Made by a program: the position numbers and the translations under genes
From: Phormidium sp.
GTDB lineage: Bacteria > Cyanobacteriota > Cyanobacteriia > Cyanobacteriales > Aerosakkonemataceae
Length of the DNA: 64,000 nucleotides
NCBI GenBank assembly: GCA_051013385.1
Contig: CP143273.1
Coordinates: 128,001 to 192,000 of the forward strand
Direction: 5' to 3'
In this document: positions 9,749 through 19,802 of the stretch, piece by piece
Position numbering within the stretch: the first letter of the stretch is position 1
How the letters are laid out: every line of letters starts with the position of its first letter
The notes under the pieces: generated by a model
The model's database searches: none
Seen by the model: the letters and a program-made list of their open reading frames with translations, nothing else
Told to the model about the DNA's origin: nothing

Positions 9749-9841
9749 TGTTAAAAAGTGTAAACTCGATACAGGGTTGGCGATCGTCAAAGCCATTGAC
9801 TCAGAAGCAAGTAATTACCATCAATTAAGGAAAAAACAAAT

Positions 9842-10375
9842 ATGGATAACAGCCTTCCGATAGATAACCCTTCCATGTCCCGAAGGCAATTGCTCAATTT
9901 TTTGACTGGTAGCGTCATTGCTTCCACTGCTGGAGCCGCACTTTATCCAGTAGCAAAATATTTTATTCCTCCAGCAGAAAGCAACGCTGGAGGAGCAATT
10001 ATCGCCAAAGATAAATTAGGAAATCCAATTCCTGCCAGCCAAATTTTAGCCGAACCAGCGGGAACACGCGCCTTAATAGCAGGGTTAGCTGGAGAACCAA
10101 CTTATTTAACAATCAAAGAAGATGGCACGCTGGAAAATGTCGGAATTGTCGATAATTGTACCCATTTAGGTTGTACATTTCCTTGGAATGAAATTGACCA
10201 ACAATTTCAATGTCCTTGTCACGGTTCTCGTTACAGTGCTGACGGTTCTGTATTGCGTGGTCCGGCTCCTTTACCACTCAAAATAGTTCATGTTGCGGTT
10301 CAAGAAAATACAATTTGGATTTCACCTTGGACGGAAATTGACCCCCGAACTGGAGAAACGCCTTGGTGGGTTTAA
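9842..10375 (+). CDS. petC: Cytochrome b6f Rieske iron-sulfur protein paralog
   Basis: Tat motif SRRQLL, Rieske boxes CTHLGC and CPCHGS, GPAPLPL, C-terminal DPRTGETPWW; no adjacent petA. Confidence 0.93.
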   Translation: MDNSLPIDNPSMSRRQLLNFLTGSVIASTAGAALYPVAKYFIPPAESNAGGAIIAKDKLGNPIPASQILAEPAGTRALIAGLAGEPTYLTIKEDGTLENVGIVDNCTHLGCTFPWNEIDQQFQCPCHGSRYSADGSVLRGPAPLPLKIVHVAVQENTIWISPWTEIDPRTGETPWWV

Positions 10376-10432
10376 TCAACTTAAATCTGGTCATTGAACT
10401 GCACATAAATTAGCCCCGAATCAAAGATAAAA

Positions 10433-10864
10433 ATGTTTCAAAGCGTCACTGAATCCTTAGCCATTGGTAATGTTGTCTCGCCGGAAGAATTGAGAGAAAT
10501 TTCCCAAAAAGGTTACAAGACAATCATTGATTTATGTACTGCTCCTGAAGGCAACCAACTGAAAGCAGAAGCAGTGGAAAAATTAGGGTTTAATTTAATC
10601 AGCATCCCAGTTGATAAACAAAAACTAACCCCAGAAATTTTACCAGCTTTTATGCAAGCGGTTAATTCTTCACCTCAGCCTATTTATACCCGTTGCGCGT
10701 CAGGTTTACGAGCCGGAATTCTGACTTTACTAACATTAGCCATTCAGGAAAATTGGACGGAACAGCAGTATTTGGAAAGAAGAGACGCTTTAGGAATTAA
10801 ACATCAACCCGGTTGTTTGTTAGCGGCTTTTGCTGAAGAATACTTTCAAGTGCAAAGCGTCTAA
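10433..10864 (+). CDS. DUF442/phosphatase-fold putative sulfurtransferase
   Basis: GYKTIIDL and active-site loop RCASGLRAG (CxSGxR). Confidence 0.7.
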   Translation: MFQSVTESLAIGNVVSPEELREISQKGYKTIIDLCTAPEGNQLKAEAVEKLGFNLISIPVDKQKLTPEILPAFMQAVNSSPQPIYTRCASGLRAGILTLLTLAIQENWTEQQYLERRDALGIKHQPGCLLAAFAEEYFQVQSV

Positions 10865-10923
10865 TACCAGGAATTAAAAGGTTTCACACTAAATCACGCA
10901 TGCTTTATTAGCAAGGAGAAACT

Positions 10924-11370
10924 GTGAAAATTGCTCTATCTAGTCAAAACACAAAATCTATTACTGGACACGCTGGACAGTGCCAAAAATTTTGGATTTA
11001 TGAAGTTAATGGCACAGAAGTTATCGACAAGAAGCTTCTAGAAATATCAAAGGAACAAACCTTTCATAATAGCGATCCTGACCTACCCCATCCTTTAGAT
11101 GATGTGCAAGTTTTAATATCTGGAGGAATGGGAAAAAATCTATCCCGTCGGTTGGAAAATAAGGGAATTGAAGCAATTGTTACGAAAGAAACTGATTTAG
11201 AGAAAGCGATCGCCGATTATCTAAATAATTCTCTAATCCGAGAAGATGCGGAATGTAATGAACACGATCATGAGCATGAGCATCATCACAAACATCAACA
11301 TCAACATCAACATCGACACCAGCATCAGCATCAACATCAACATGGTCGAGAATGTGAACATAGCAGTTGA
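10924..11370 (+). CDS. NifX/NifB-like (FeMo-cofactor-binding fold) protein with His-rich tail
   Basis: KIA..GHAGQCQKFWIYEV..DVQVLISGGMG pattern; C-terminal (HX)n repeat. Confidence 0.8.
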   Translation: MKIALSSQNTKSITGHAGQCQKFWIYEVNGTEVIDKKLLEISKEQTFHNSDPDLPHPLDDVQVLISGGMGKNLSRRLENKGIEAIVTKETDLEKAIADYLNNSLIREDAECNEHDHEHEHHHKHQHQHQHRHQHQHQHQHGRECEHSS

Positions 11371-11480
11371 TAACTTAACCTGATTGCATAAACTTTGCAG
11401 AATTTCGCTCAAGTGGGGAAATTTTTCCCCACTAACTACTTTTCCATCTAATTTACGGAGTAACAAGTAAAATTATAACT

Positions 11481-11936
11481 ATGTGGACAAGTTCGATCGT
11501 TGCTTATCTGCATTACTTAGGATTCATGTTAGCTTTTGCCGCCCTTACAGTAGAAATATTCAACTTAAAAACAGAAATCACCCTTGATGAAGCTAAAAGA
11601 GTCGCCTTTGCTGATGCAGCTTATGGTGCAGCTGCCACAATGATTTTGATTACTGGAGTATTGAGAGTTCTTTACTTTGGTAAAGGCACAGATTACTATT
11701 TAAGCAATCCATTTTTTTATGCTAAAATTGGTGTTTTCATTATTGTTAGTCTACTTTCCCTTTATCCAACATTCACCTTTTTAAGCTGGATTAAAAATTT
11801 CCAAATAGCTAAACCACCAACTTTAGAAAACACTCAAGTTAATCGATTATCTTGGCTAATTAAAGGCGAATTGTTGGGATTTGCTTTAATACCCTTACTA
11901 GCAGCAGTGATGACAAGAATTAGTAGTTGGAGTTAA
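11481..11936 (+). CDS. DUF2214-like membrane protein
   Basis: Four hydrophobic segments, AYLHYL start, GKGTDYYLSNPFFYAK motif. Confidence 0.75.
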   Translation: MWTSSIVAYLHYLGFMLAFAALTVEIFNLKTEITLDEAKRVAFADAAYGAAATMILITGVLRVLYFGKGTDYYLSNPFFYAKIGVFIIVSLLSLYPTFTFLSWIKNFQIAKPPTLENTQVNRLSWLIKGELLGFALIPLLAAVMTRISSWS

Positions 11937-11949
11937 TGGAGTCAATGCT

Positions 11950-12939
11950 ATGCAAATTTCCAAGAAAGATTTATCAGAAAAGCAAGATCAAATCTACGAT
12001 GTAATTGTAATTGGTGGTGGTGCTGGCGGACTTTCTGCTGGGATTTACTTGCAACGCTACCGTCTTTCCTCTTTGATTATCGACAAAGGCAAAGCACGCT
12101 CTTTTTGGATACAAGAATTACACAATTATTTAGGCTTACCTCCAGATACACCTGGTCGTCTTTTACTCCAAAAAGGTAAGGAACATTTTCTCTCATTAGA
12201 TGGTGACTTACTCAATGGTTTTGTAGAACAAGTAATTGATGACGGAGAAACTTTTTTAATAAAAGTAAAATTTGGTCGAAAAAATAGCATTTATCCCGTA
12301 TTTCGAGCCAAGTATTTAATTGCTGCTAGTGGCATTATTGATAAATTACCCATGTTAGATGATATGCAGAATGTATATGAATATGCTGGGTATAATTTGC
12401 ACGTCTGCATGATTTGTGATGGGTACGAAATGACCGATAAAAAATGTGGTTTGTTTGTCGGAAGTGAAGCTAACATTCCTATAGTAGATAGTTTAAGTTG
12501 GTTTACTCCTAAAATCACAGTTTTCACTCATGGAGCATTTACAGTAAGTGAAGAAATACCTCTGCGATTAAAGAATTTAGGTTATCAATTGGTGGAAACT
12601 CCAATCAAAGGCTTTTTAGGTAAAAAAAATCAAATGACTGGGGTGGAATTGGTCGATGGTAGAGTAGTTGAACTAGAAACAGGTTTAATTGCAATGGGTT
12701 CAAATTATCACAACACTTATTTGCAAGGAATTCCTCTGGAAATGCAAGGTAATAACTTGGTGACAGATAAAATGGGAAGAACTTCTCATCCAAGAATTTT
12801 TGCCATTGGTGATTTAAAAGTAGGATTAAATCAAGTAATAGTTGCTGCGGGAGATGGTGCGTTAGCAGCGACAGAAATTTGGCGAGAAATTCGGCGTAAT
12901 GCGGGTGCTAAACCTTGGTTAGAAAATTTATCAGCTTGA
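11950..12939 (+). CDS. Thioredoxin-reductase-like NAD(P)/FAD oxidoreductase
   Basis: VIGGGAGG FAD motif, CMICDGYE redox CxxC, TSHPRIFAIGD. Confidence 0.88.
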   Translation: MQISKKDLSEKQDQIYDVIVIGGGAGGLSAGIYLQRYRLSSLIIDKGKARSFWIQELHNYLGLPPDTPGRLLLQKGKEHFLSLDGDLLNGFVEQVIDDGETFLIKVKFGRKNSIYPVFRAKYLIAASGIIDKLPMLDDMQNVYEYAGYNLHVCMICDGYEMTDKKCGLFVGSEANIPIVDSLSWFTPKITVFTHGAFTVSEEIPLRLKNLGYQLVETPIKGFLGKKNQMTGVELVDGRVVELETGLIAMGSNYHNTYLQGIPLEMQGNNLVTDKMGRTSHPRIFAIGDLKVGLNQVIVAAGDGALAATEIWREIRRNAGAKPWLENLSA

Positions 12940-12945
12940 GGAAAG

Positions 12946-13428
12946 ATGCGAAAAATTTTACTTAATTTATTTGCCAGCTTGTTACTTCTAATTCTACCTG
13001 TTTGGCTAATCAATGCTCCATCAATGTTAGCTGCGTCTTTAGGTAATGAACTTGGGGAAAGTAGTGTGGTTGAGGCGATCGATCGCTTCCTCACCTCCAT
13101 TCCTAATGACTATTACACAATTAAACAAGTAGACCAGCTGAAAAGTATGAGCAAAAACAAAAATGCTCTATTAGTCGATGTCAGAGAACCTAATGAATAT
13201 AACTCTGGTCATATTCCAGGTGCGATTAATATTCCCTTACGAACTTTAACCCAAAAACTTGATAAAATCCCCCAAAATCGTCCAGTAATTCTCTACTGTA
13301 CAACTGGTTATCGCACTGCAATGGGAGTGATGTCTTTAGAAATGTTGGGATATCACAATGTTTCGGGTTTCCCTCCTAGTATTCAAGGTTGGAAAGCAGC
13401 AGGAGAACCTTTAGAAAGGTCTTATTGA
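12946..13428 (+). CDS. Rhodanese-domain protein with N-terminal signal/TM segment
   Basis: LVDVREPNEYNSGHIPGAINIP, active-site YCTTGYR. Confidence 0.9.
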   Translation: MRKILLNLFASLLLLILPVWLINAPSMLAASLGNELGESSVVEAIDRFLTSIPNDYYTIKQVDQLKSMSKNKNALLVDVREPNEYNSGHIPGAINIPLRTLTQKLDKIPQNRPVILYCTTGYRTAMGVMSLEMLGYHNVSGFPPSIQGWKAAGEPLERSY

Positions 13429-13516
13429 ATCATTTACCTAATTTCATAACCTCTAGATAAAAACATCTTAACCATGCCATGAGACGATTAGCAATTTGTG
13501 TAAGGAAGCTAAACTT

Positions 13517-16090
13517 ATGGCATTACAAATTTTCAGCATATTTGACAGTCGTTCTTACCTAGCAGAAAATCTAGATGTTGCCGTTGCTGCTAGTAGAGGC
13601 AATTTACCAGGGGGCCCATTACAACACTTTCTCCGCTTTGGACAATTTGAAAGTCGCGATCCTAGTAGTTTTTTCAACACTAACTTTTACTTACAAAGAA
13701 ATGCAGATGTCCGACTTGCGGTAAATGCAGGTGTTTTCCGCAGCGCTTTTGAACACTTCATCGCCGCCGGACAATTTGAAGGTCGCGATCCTAGCACTCT
13801 TTTTAATAGCAACTTTTATTTACAAAGAAATACAGATGTTCAACAAGCTGTAAATAATAGAAGTATCAGAAGTGCTTTAACACACTTCATTGACTTTGGA
13901 CAATTTGAACAACGTCAACCCAGCATAGAGTTTAATCCCAGTTTTTATTTACGACAAAATCCCGATGTTCAAGCAGCAGTTACAGTTGGTACTATTGGTA
14001 GTGCTTTCCAGCATTTTGTTCAGTTCGGCAGATCGGAAGGTCGGTCTGGGGGAGTGGGAACAGTTCCTGGCGGTTTCTTACTTCAGTTATTACACGCTTC
14101 CGACTTTGAAGCGGGAATTGCAGCATTAGATGATGCGCCGAGAATGTCATCTGTAGTTAATGGTTTGCGATCGCAATTTCCCCAAAATACCCTATTCCTT
14201 TCCTCTGGCGATAATTACATTCCCGGCCCCTTTTTAGCAGCTAGCAGCGACCCATCTTTAAGAACAGCTTTAGGCAGAGAAGATATCGGTCGTGGAGATA
14301 TTACAATTCTCAATGCAATGGGTGTACAAGCTAGCGCTTTCGGCAACCACGAATTCGACCAAGGTACTAGACAAGTTAGAACTTTAATCGCCAGAGATCG
14401 TGAATATTCCGGCACAAACTTTCCTTATTTAAGCGCCAATTTAAACTTTGCCCCCGATGCTAACTTGCGAGATTTAGTAGTACCAGATGGGCAAGAAGCC
14501 AGTACTATTCCTAACAGTATTGCTAAAAGCACTGTGATTACAGTTAATGGCGAAAGAATTGGAATTCTTGGTGCAACTACCCCCACATTACGAAGCATTT
14601 CTGCACCAGGAGATGTAGGAATTTCACCCTCCAACCCCAATGAATTAGATGCTTTAGCTGCCACAATTCAACCATCAGTTGATGCCTTAACAGGTCAAGG
14701 AATAAATAAAATTATTCTGTTGGCACACTTGCAACAATTAGATTTAGAAATAAACTTAGCTCCCAAGTTGCGAAATGTAGATATAATTGTAGCTGGTGGT
14801 TCACATACATTGTTATCTGATTCTAGCGATCGCTTAAGAGCAGGAGACACATCAGGCGGCATTTATCCCCAATTAAGAACCTCTGCCACAGGCGAACCAG
14901 TAGTAGTAGTAAATACCACCAGTAACTATAGATATGTTGGTCGTTTAGTTACTGAATTCGATGCTCAAGGCAGACTAGTTACCCAAAGTTTAAATCCTGA
15001 AATTAACGGTGCATACGCCACAGATCAACAAGGAGTAATTGCCACAGGAAACGCCGCCCCAAATGCCAAAGTTGTCGAAGTAACCCAAGCATTAAGAAAC
15101 GTCATTAATACCAAAGACGCGCAAATTTTTGGACGCACTAGCGTTTACTTAAATGGGGAAAGAAACTCAGTGCGTACCGAAGAAACAAACTTAGGAAACT
15201 TAACCGCAGATGCCAATCTTGCCGCCGCTAGAGCGATCGATCCCTCAGTAGTAATTTCCCTCAAAAATGGCGGTGGAATTCGGGAAGCTATAGGTGCAAT
15301 TATTGGCACTGGAGGCAACGATCCAAATGCCGGACAAAGGATTCCTCCTGTAGCTAATCCCGCCGTTGGTAAGGAAGCTGGACAAATTTCTACCCTGGAT
15401 ATTGAAAACAGTTTGAGATTCAACAATCAGTTAACCTTGTTAACATTAACCGCCCAACAATTACAACAAGTAATAGAACATGGAGTCGCTGACAGTGGCC
15501 CAGGAAGAACCCCCGGACGTTTTCCCCAAGTAGCAGGAATTGCATTTAGTTTCGATCCTAATCGACCTACGGGAAATCGAGTAGTATCTTTAGCTATCAA
15601 AAATGCTAATGGTGTTACTACCGATGTTGTAGTACAAAATGGGCAATTAGTTGGCGATCCAAATCGCACTTTCCGCACAGTTACTTTAAACTTTTTAGCT
15701 GGTGGTGGTGATGGTTATCCCTTCCCGAATTTCCCCGCTAGAAATCAAGTAGAAACAGGCATTGGCGAACAAACAGCATTAGCAAATTATTTAACCCAAA
15801 GATTTGCTAATACTCCTTTTAATGTTACAGATGTAGGAGTAGCGCAAGATACCAGAATACAAAATTTAACCGCAAGAACCGACACCGTAATTGCCGGAAC
15901 TTCAGCACCACAATCTTTTGCGAGTATGGCGTTTACTGATAATTTAACACCAAATCCTTCGATGTTTGTATTGGCACAAAGCTTTGAAAATCCATTGCTT
16001 CAACCAAGTGGAGTTTCACCTAATTATTTAGAAGTTAATCAGCAACTATCGCCTGATTTTCTAAATATGGCAGAAACTACTTTTTTGTAG
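13517..16090 (+). CDS. Metallophosphoesterase/5'-nucleotidase with N-terminal repeats
   Basis: LHASDFE, SSGDNY, FGNHEFD, GGSH and a 5'-nucleotidase C-terminal domain (ETNLGNLTADA, NGGGIR); four N-terminal FN..FYL..N.DV..AV...HF..FGQFE.R.P repeats. Confidence 0.88.
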   Translation: MALQIFSIFDSRSYLAENLDVAVAASRGNLPGGPLQHFLRFGQFESRDPSSFFNTNFYLQRNADVRLAVNAGVFRSAFEHFIAAGQFEGRDPSTLFNSNFYLQRNTDVQQAVNNRSIRSALTHFIDFGQFEQRQPSIEFNPSFYLRQNPDVQAAVTVGTIGSAFQHFVQFGRSEGRSGGVGTVPGGFLLQLLHASDFEAGIAALDDAPRMSSVVNGLRSQFPQNTLFLSSGDNYIPGPFLAASSDPSLRTALGREDIGRGDITILNAMGVQASAFGNHEFDQGTRQVRTLIARDREYSGTNFPYLSANLNFAPDANLRDLVVPDGQEASTIPNSIAKSTVITVNGERIGILGATTPTLRSISAPGDVGISPSNPNELDALAATIQPSVDALTGQGINKIILLAHLQQLDLEINLAPKLRNVDIIVAGGSHTLLSDSSDRLRAGDTSGGIYPQLRTSATGEPVVVVNTTSNYRYVGRLVTEFDAQGRLVTQSLNPEINGAYATDQQGVIATGNAAPNAKVVEVTQALRNVINTKDAQIFGRTSVYLNGERNSVRTEETNLGNLTADANLAAARAIDPSVVISLKNGGGIREAIGAIIGTGGNDPNAGQRIPPVANPAVGKEAGQISTLDIENSLRFNNQLTLLTLTAQQLQQVIEHGVADSGPGRTPGRFPQVAGIAFSFDPNRPTGNRVVSLAIKNANGVTTDVVVQNGQLVGDPNRTFRTVTLNFLAGGGDGYPFPNFPARNQVETGIGEQTALANYLTQRFANTPFNVTDVGVAQDTRIQNLTARTDTVIAGTSAPQSFASMAFTDNLTPNPSMFVLAQSFENPLLQPSGVSPNYLEVNQQLSPDFLNMAETTFL

Positions 16091-16164
16091 GATAAGCAGA
16101 AGTTCAAAAGGCAGAAAAAGGGCAATAAAAAAGCTAACAAAGTCAATCCTCTATTCTGCCTTCC

Positions 16165-16590
16165 TTAAGAATTCATCAGTCGTTGCACTTGAATTTGTAC
16201 ATCTGGAAAAGCAACAGGAGACACCAACCCACTTTTGAAAGTTTGTTCAGTAGTATAGCGATCGTTCTCTAAATCTCGAAAAACTTTAAGTTCCCTATCC
16301 TGAAGATTTATTACCCAATATTCAGCGATACCAGCTTCGCCATAAATTGCTTTTTTCTCGTTTAAATCTTTGTCAAGAGTAGTGTTTGAAAACTCAATCA
16401 GCCAAAAAATGTCATCGGGATAGGGATGGTGTTCTAGATAAACTGCTCCCAGTGGTTTTACAATTGCTAAATCTGGAATTGGTTCCGAGTCATTGGGTAG
16501 AGTGATGGGGTGCGCTTCACGGATTTTTACTCGATTTCCCAGCAATACCCGTAAATAATCCCCAACTTCGCTATTGTAGTAAGCATGGGC
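16165..16590 (-). pseudogene. Uma2-family endonuclease, 5'-truncated
   Basis: SEPIPDLAIV, LIEFS..TLDKD..EK..IY..AGIAEYWVINL; the N-terminus is missing. Confidence 0.75.
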
Positions 16591-16773
16591 ATGGAACCAG
16601 ATCAAGATGTTCGATTGAGTGAATTACTCGATCGCCAACAAGCAGGTATTCTAGTTGAAAATGAGCGACTAGAGTTACAAAATCTCATGCAAATTTATCA
16701 GGAGGAACTACTGCGAAAAGCGATCGCCCTCAGTGAAGCTGTCAAGCGTGGACTAATGGAACCTTTAAGCTAG
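16585..16773 (+). pseudogene. C-terminal fragment of a small antitoxin-like protein
   Basis: RLSELLDRQQAG..L..E..EL..LRKA.AL.EAVKRGL, a common cyanobacterial motif; abuts the Uma2 fragment head to head. Confidence 0.5.
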
Positions 16774-16801
16774 TGAGTCAAATTTCAGTTAGTATTACTG
16801 T

Positions 16802-18487
16802 ATGGTTAATCGTGTAACAACAATGACGCTTCTCCAATATTCAGAAGATAAAAACCAACCAACTCATCAAGAGGAACATGATAAAAGACCAGAGACTTAT
16901 ACAGGCATTTATGCGATGCACAAGTACTGGTCTAAAAAACCATATAATCTGGTAGCAAATTATATAAAGAAATATTCAGAACCAGGAAACATCATTCTCG
17001 ATCCATTCTGTGGTTCAGGTGTAACAGTCATTGAAAGTATTCGTCTGGGTCGATGTGCAATTGGAAATGATATAAATCCAGTTGCAGTTCTATTAACCAA
17101 GATGGGACTAAAACATATAGATATCCAAGCAATAAAAAACGAGTTTGAAGTTCTTAAGAAGAAGGTAATAGCAGAAATAGATGAACTTTATAGAACTGAT
17201 TGTCCAAAGTGTAAAAGCGTCAACGCAATTGCTACTCATACAATTTGGAGTGGTGATACACCTATAGAAGTATGGGTACAATGTGAGCAATGTAAAACAA
17301 AAAAATCTATTAAACCTTCTTCACAAAAAGATAAGGATGCTGCAATTAAACCACTGCTTGCACCTCTTTGGTATCCAACTACAGAATTGATAGAGAATCC
17401 CCGAATTAATGCTAAAGCAGGCTATCGGGTTTGTGATTTATTTACCCCCCGGTCTATTTCTGCTCTATCTATTCTTCTATCAGCAATTCACCAGATTCAA
17501 AATAAAGATGCTAGGTCTGTTTTAGAGTTTTGCTTTAGTGCAGCATTGCCGCAAGCAAGTAATATGGTTTTTGTAATTCGTCGTCGGGGAAAATTGAATG
17601 GGAAAACTTCACAAGGACGAGCAGAAGTTGGTAGTTGGGTTATTGGATATTGGGTTCCAACAGAGCATTTTGAGATTCATGTATGGAGATGTTTTGAAAA
17701 TCGGTTTCGTCGAATCTTAAAAGGCAAGCAAGAGGTTAATAAAGTTATACCTATTACTGCATCTGAATGCGTTTCCTTTGAGAAATTTAAGCAAACTAAA
17801 CTTGGGTACTTGATCAGCCAAGGAACAGCTACCAATCTCAATATTCCATCAGATTCAGTAGATTATATTTTCACAGATCCACCACACGGTAATCGGGTTC
17901 CTTATCTGGAACTCAGCTTAATGTGGAATTCATGGTTGAATCTATATTCGGATTGGGATAATGAGATAGTTGTGTCGGAAGCAAGATTACGTCGAAAAGA
18001 TATAAGTGACTATCAAAAAAGGCTTGAAATTTCATTTTTTGAAATGTGGCGAGTTTTGAAGGAAGGAAAATATATCTCAGTTGCATTTAATAGTCTTGAC
18101 GATAAAACATGGTTATCTCTTTTAAATGCTATGTTAAAAGCTGGGTTTGAAGTAGTAGAAATAAAACCATTAGAATATTCTGCTAGATCTGTAGTTCAAG
18201 ATAGCAGAAAAAATGCTTTAAAGACGGATTTTGTAATAACTTGCACCAAAAAAAAGGCTTGCGAAAAAACTGAGCTTATATTTGATGATTCCGAAAAACA
18301 GATTGAAGCTTTGATCGGGAATTATATTTCTAAATGTAACAAAGGAATAGAGACTTATAAAATTTTGAACTATGTCTTGATTCAAGGTATCTATTCTGGA
18401 AAGCTTTTCAGGGTATCTAATATCTTAAGCTGTATAGAAAATTTAACCACCTTAAGTGGTTCAACATGGCGTATAGGAGAATTATAA
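16802..18487 (+). CDS. Amino (N6A/N4C) DNA methyltransferase of a type II R-M system
   Basis: HKYWSKKP, motif I ILDPFCGSG, Cys pairs CPKC/CEQC, motif IV FTDPPHG. Confidence 0.9.
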   Translation: MVNRVTTMTLLQYSEDKNQPTHQEEHDKRPETYTGIYAMHKYWSKKPYNLVANYIKKYSEPGNIILDPFCGSGVTVIESIRLGRCAIGNDINPVAVLLTKMGLKHIDIQAIKNEFEVLKKKVIAEIDELYRTDCPKCKSVNAIATHTIWSGDTPIEVWVQCEQCKTKKSIKPSSQKDKDAAIKPLLAPLWYPTTELIENPRINAKAGYRVCDLFTPRSISALSILLSAIHQIQNKDARSVLEFCFSAALPQASNMVFVIRRRGKLNGKTSQGRAEVGSWVIGYWVPTEHFEIHVWRCFENRFRRILKGKQEVNKVIPITASECVSFEKFKQTKLGYLISQGTATNLNIPSDSVDYIFTDPPHGNRVPYLELSLMWNSWLNLYSDWDNEIVVSEARLRRKDISDYQKRLEISFFEMWRVLKEGKYISVAFNSLDDKTWLSLLNAMLKAGFEVVEIKPLEYSARSVVQDSRKNALKTDFVITCTKKKACEKTELIFDDSEKQIEALIGNYISKCNKGIETYKILNYVLIQGIYSGKLFRVSNILSCIENLTTLSGSTWRIGEL

Positions 18488-18496
18488 AAAAAGACT

Positions 18497-19606
18497 ATGG
18501 CATCTGATTTTAACTCTCTTCGTAAACTATATGATGAAGATAAATTTGCCGACTTGTTACGCGATCCAGATGGAGTGTATTGGTTGAAGTTACGTTCTGT
18601 ATCTCGACCTAAACTGCTTCGCCAACTCTGCCAAAAACTATCTATCAACTATGAAGGTATCTCTAGTAAGAACTCTCAGCTTTTAGAATATGTATTTAAC
18701 AGTAAGCCTAATTCTCAGGAGCTAGAAGATTTCATTCATGAGATATATCAATTGGAACGGAAAAAACGTCAGGAAAATGAAGACAATCTTATTTCACAAT
18801 TGTATCAAATGCAAATCTTTAACTGGGGTGGATTATATCAGAACCAGCTTGAACAAACTATAATAAATAATTACGTCAAGAAGATTGATAGTTGGGATAA
18901 GCTTAATAGGGCTATAGAAAATGAGATTAATGCTAGTATGCGAGGCTATGTTCAATGTTCATGGTACAACCATTGGACATCAATTATTATTGAGGATATA
19001 TTTAACGATCATCCCTCGGTTTTACCTGCTGTTGGAAAGCCTAAGAAAGTAGACTTCTTTATTCACAATTTCCCTTTTGATTTGAAAACTACTTATTTCC
19101 CCGATGGATACATGAAACTACTTCGTGATGTTGAAAAACTTCCTTCAGAGTTAGCTTCAATGAAATCTTTTTGCAAACAGGAGAATATAAAGTTTGAAGC
19201 CAAGAAACCTGACAGTATTTTATTTCCAGAATTACTTACAAAAATTTCAGAACATCCATCACCAGCTGCTCGTGATTTCATTGTAGAGTTTAGGGCAACA
19301 CGAGCAAGATTAATTCAGAAAGCAATTGATGATCCTACAGATTTGAAAATTTGGCTTTACGAAAATCAAGGTGTACGTAGGTTCGATGCCTCAAACAGGT
19401 TTTTCTTGGTTCTAATTGACAAAAGAAATCTTGAAGATAGTTGGAAATTGAAACGTAACAAAACACTTCTAGTAAATGAAATCCATTCACATTTGGATTC
19501 TCTATCTTCTAGTAACATAGAGAATCTTCAGCTAGAATTTAGCTGGCAAAATAGTATCTACGAAACTTATTCAGATGTATTGTTCGTTGTGTTTGATCCT
19601 GTCTGA
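18497..19606 (+). CDS. Putative restriction endonuclease (PD-(D/E)xK)
   Basis: Starts 9 nt after the methyltransferase; E..F...VDFF....FDLK motif. Confidence 0.7.
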   Translation: MASDFNSLRKLYDEDKFADLLRDPDGVYWLKLRSVSRPKLLRQLCQKLSINYEGISSKNSQLLEYVFNSKPNSQELEDFIHEIYQLERKKRQENEDNLISQLYQMQIFNWGGLYQNQLEQTIINNYVKKIDSWDKLNRAIENEINASMRGYVQCSWYNHWTSIIIEDIFNDHPSVLPAVGKPKKVDFFIHNFPFDLKTTYFPDGYMKLLRDVEKLPSELASMKSFCKQENIKFEAKKPDSILFPELLTKISEHPSPAARDFIVEFRATRARLIQKAIDDPTDLKIWLYENQGVRRFDASNRFFLVLIDKRNLEDSWKLKRNKTLLVNEIHSHLDSLSSSNIENLQLEFSWQNSIYETYSDVLFVVFDPV

Positions 19607-19802
19607 AAAAGTATCGTGTTCACCAATCCACGCTGGGACAAATTTGTTCTCTGTTTCCTTTTTCCACCAAAATGTTCCGTCTTAGATTGATGGCAAAGTA
19701 TAGCTCTTCTACCATAAAAAAAACGATCGCCCTCTCCCCACAATCAAGAAAGAACGATCGCCAAACATTCAACACAATTCAACACAAGTAGAAGAAGAAA
19801 AC

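Noticed and set aside
9759..9773. NtcA site upstream of petC
   Set aside because: GTA-N7-TAC spacing does not match GTA-N8-TAC.
10924..11370. Nitrogen fixation cluster
   Set aside because: Only a lone NifX-like fold; no nifHDK or nifENB in the window.
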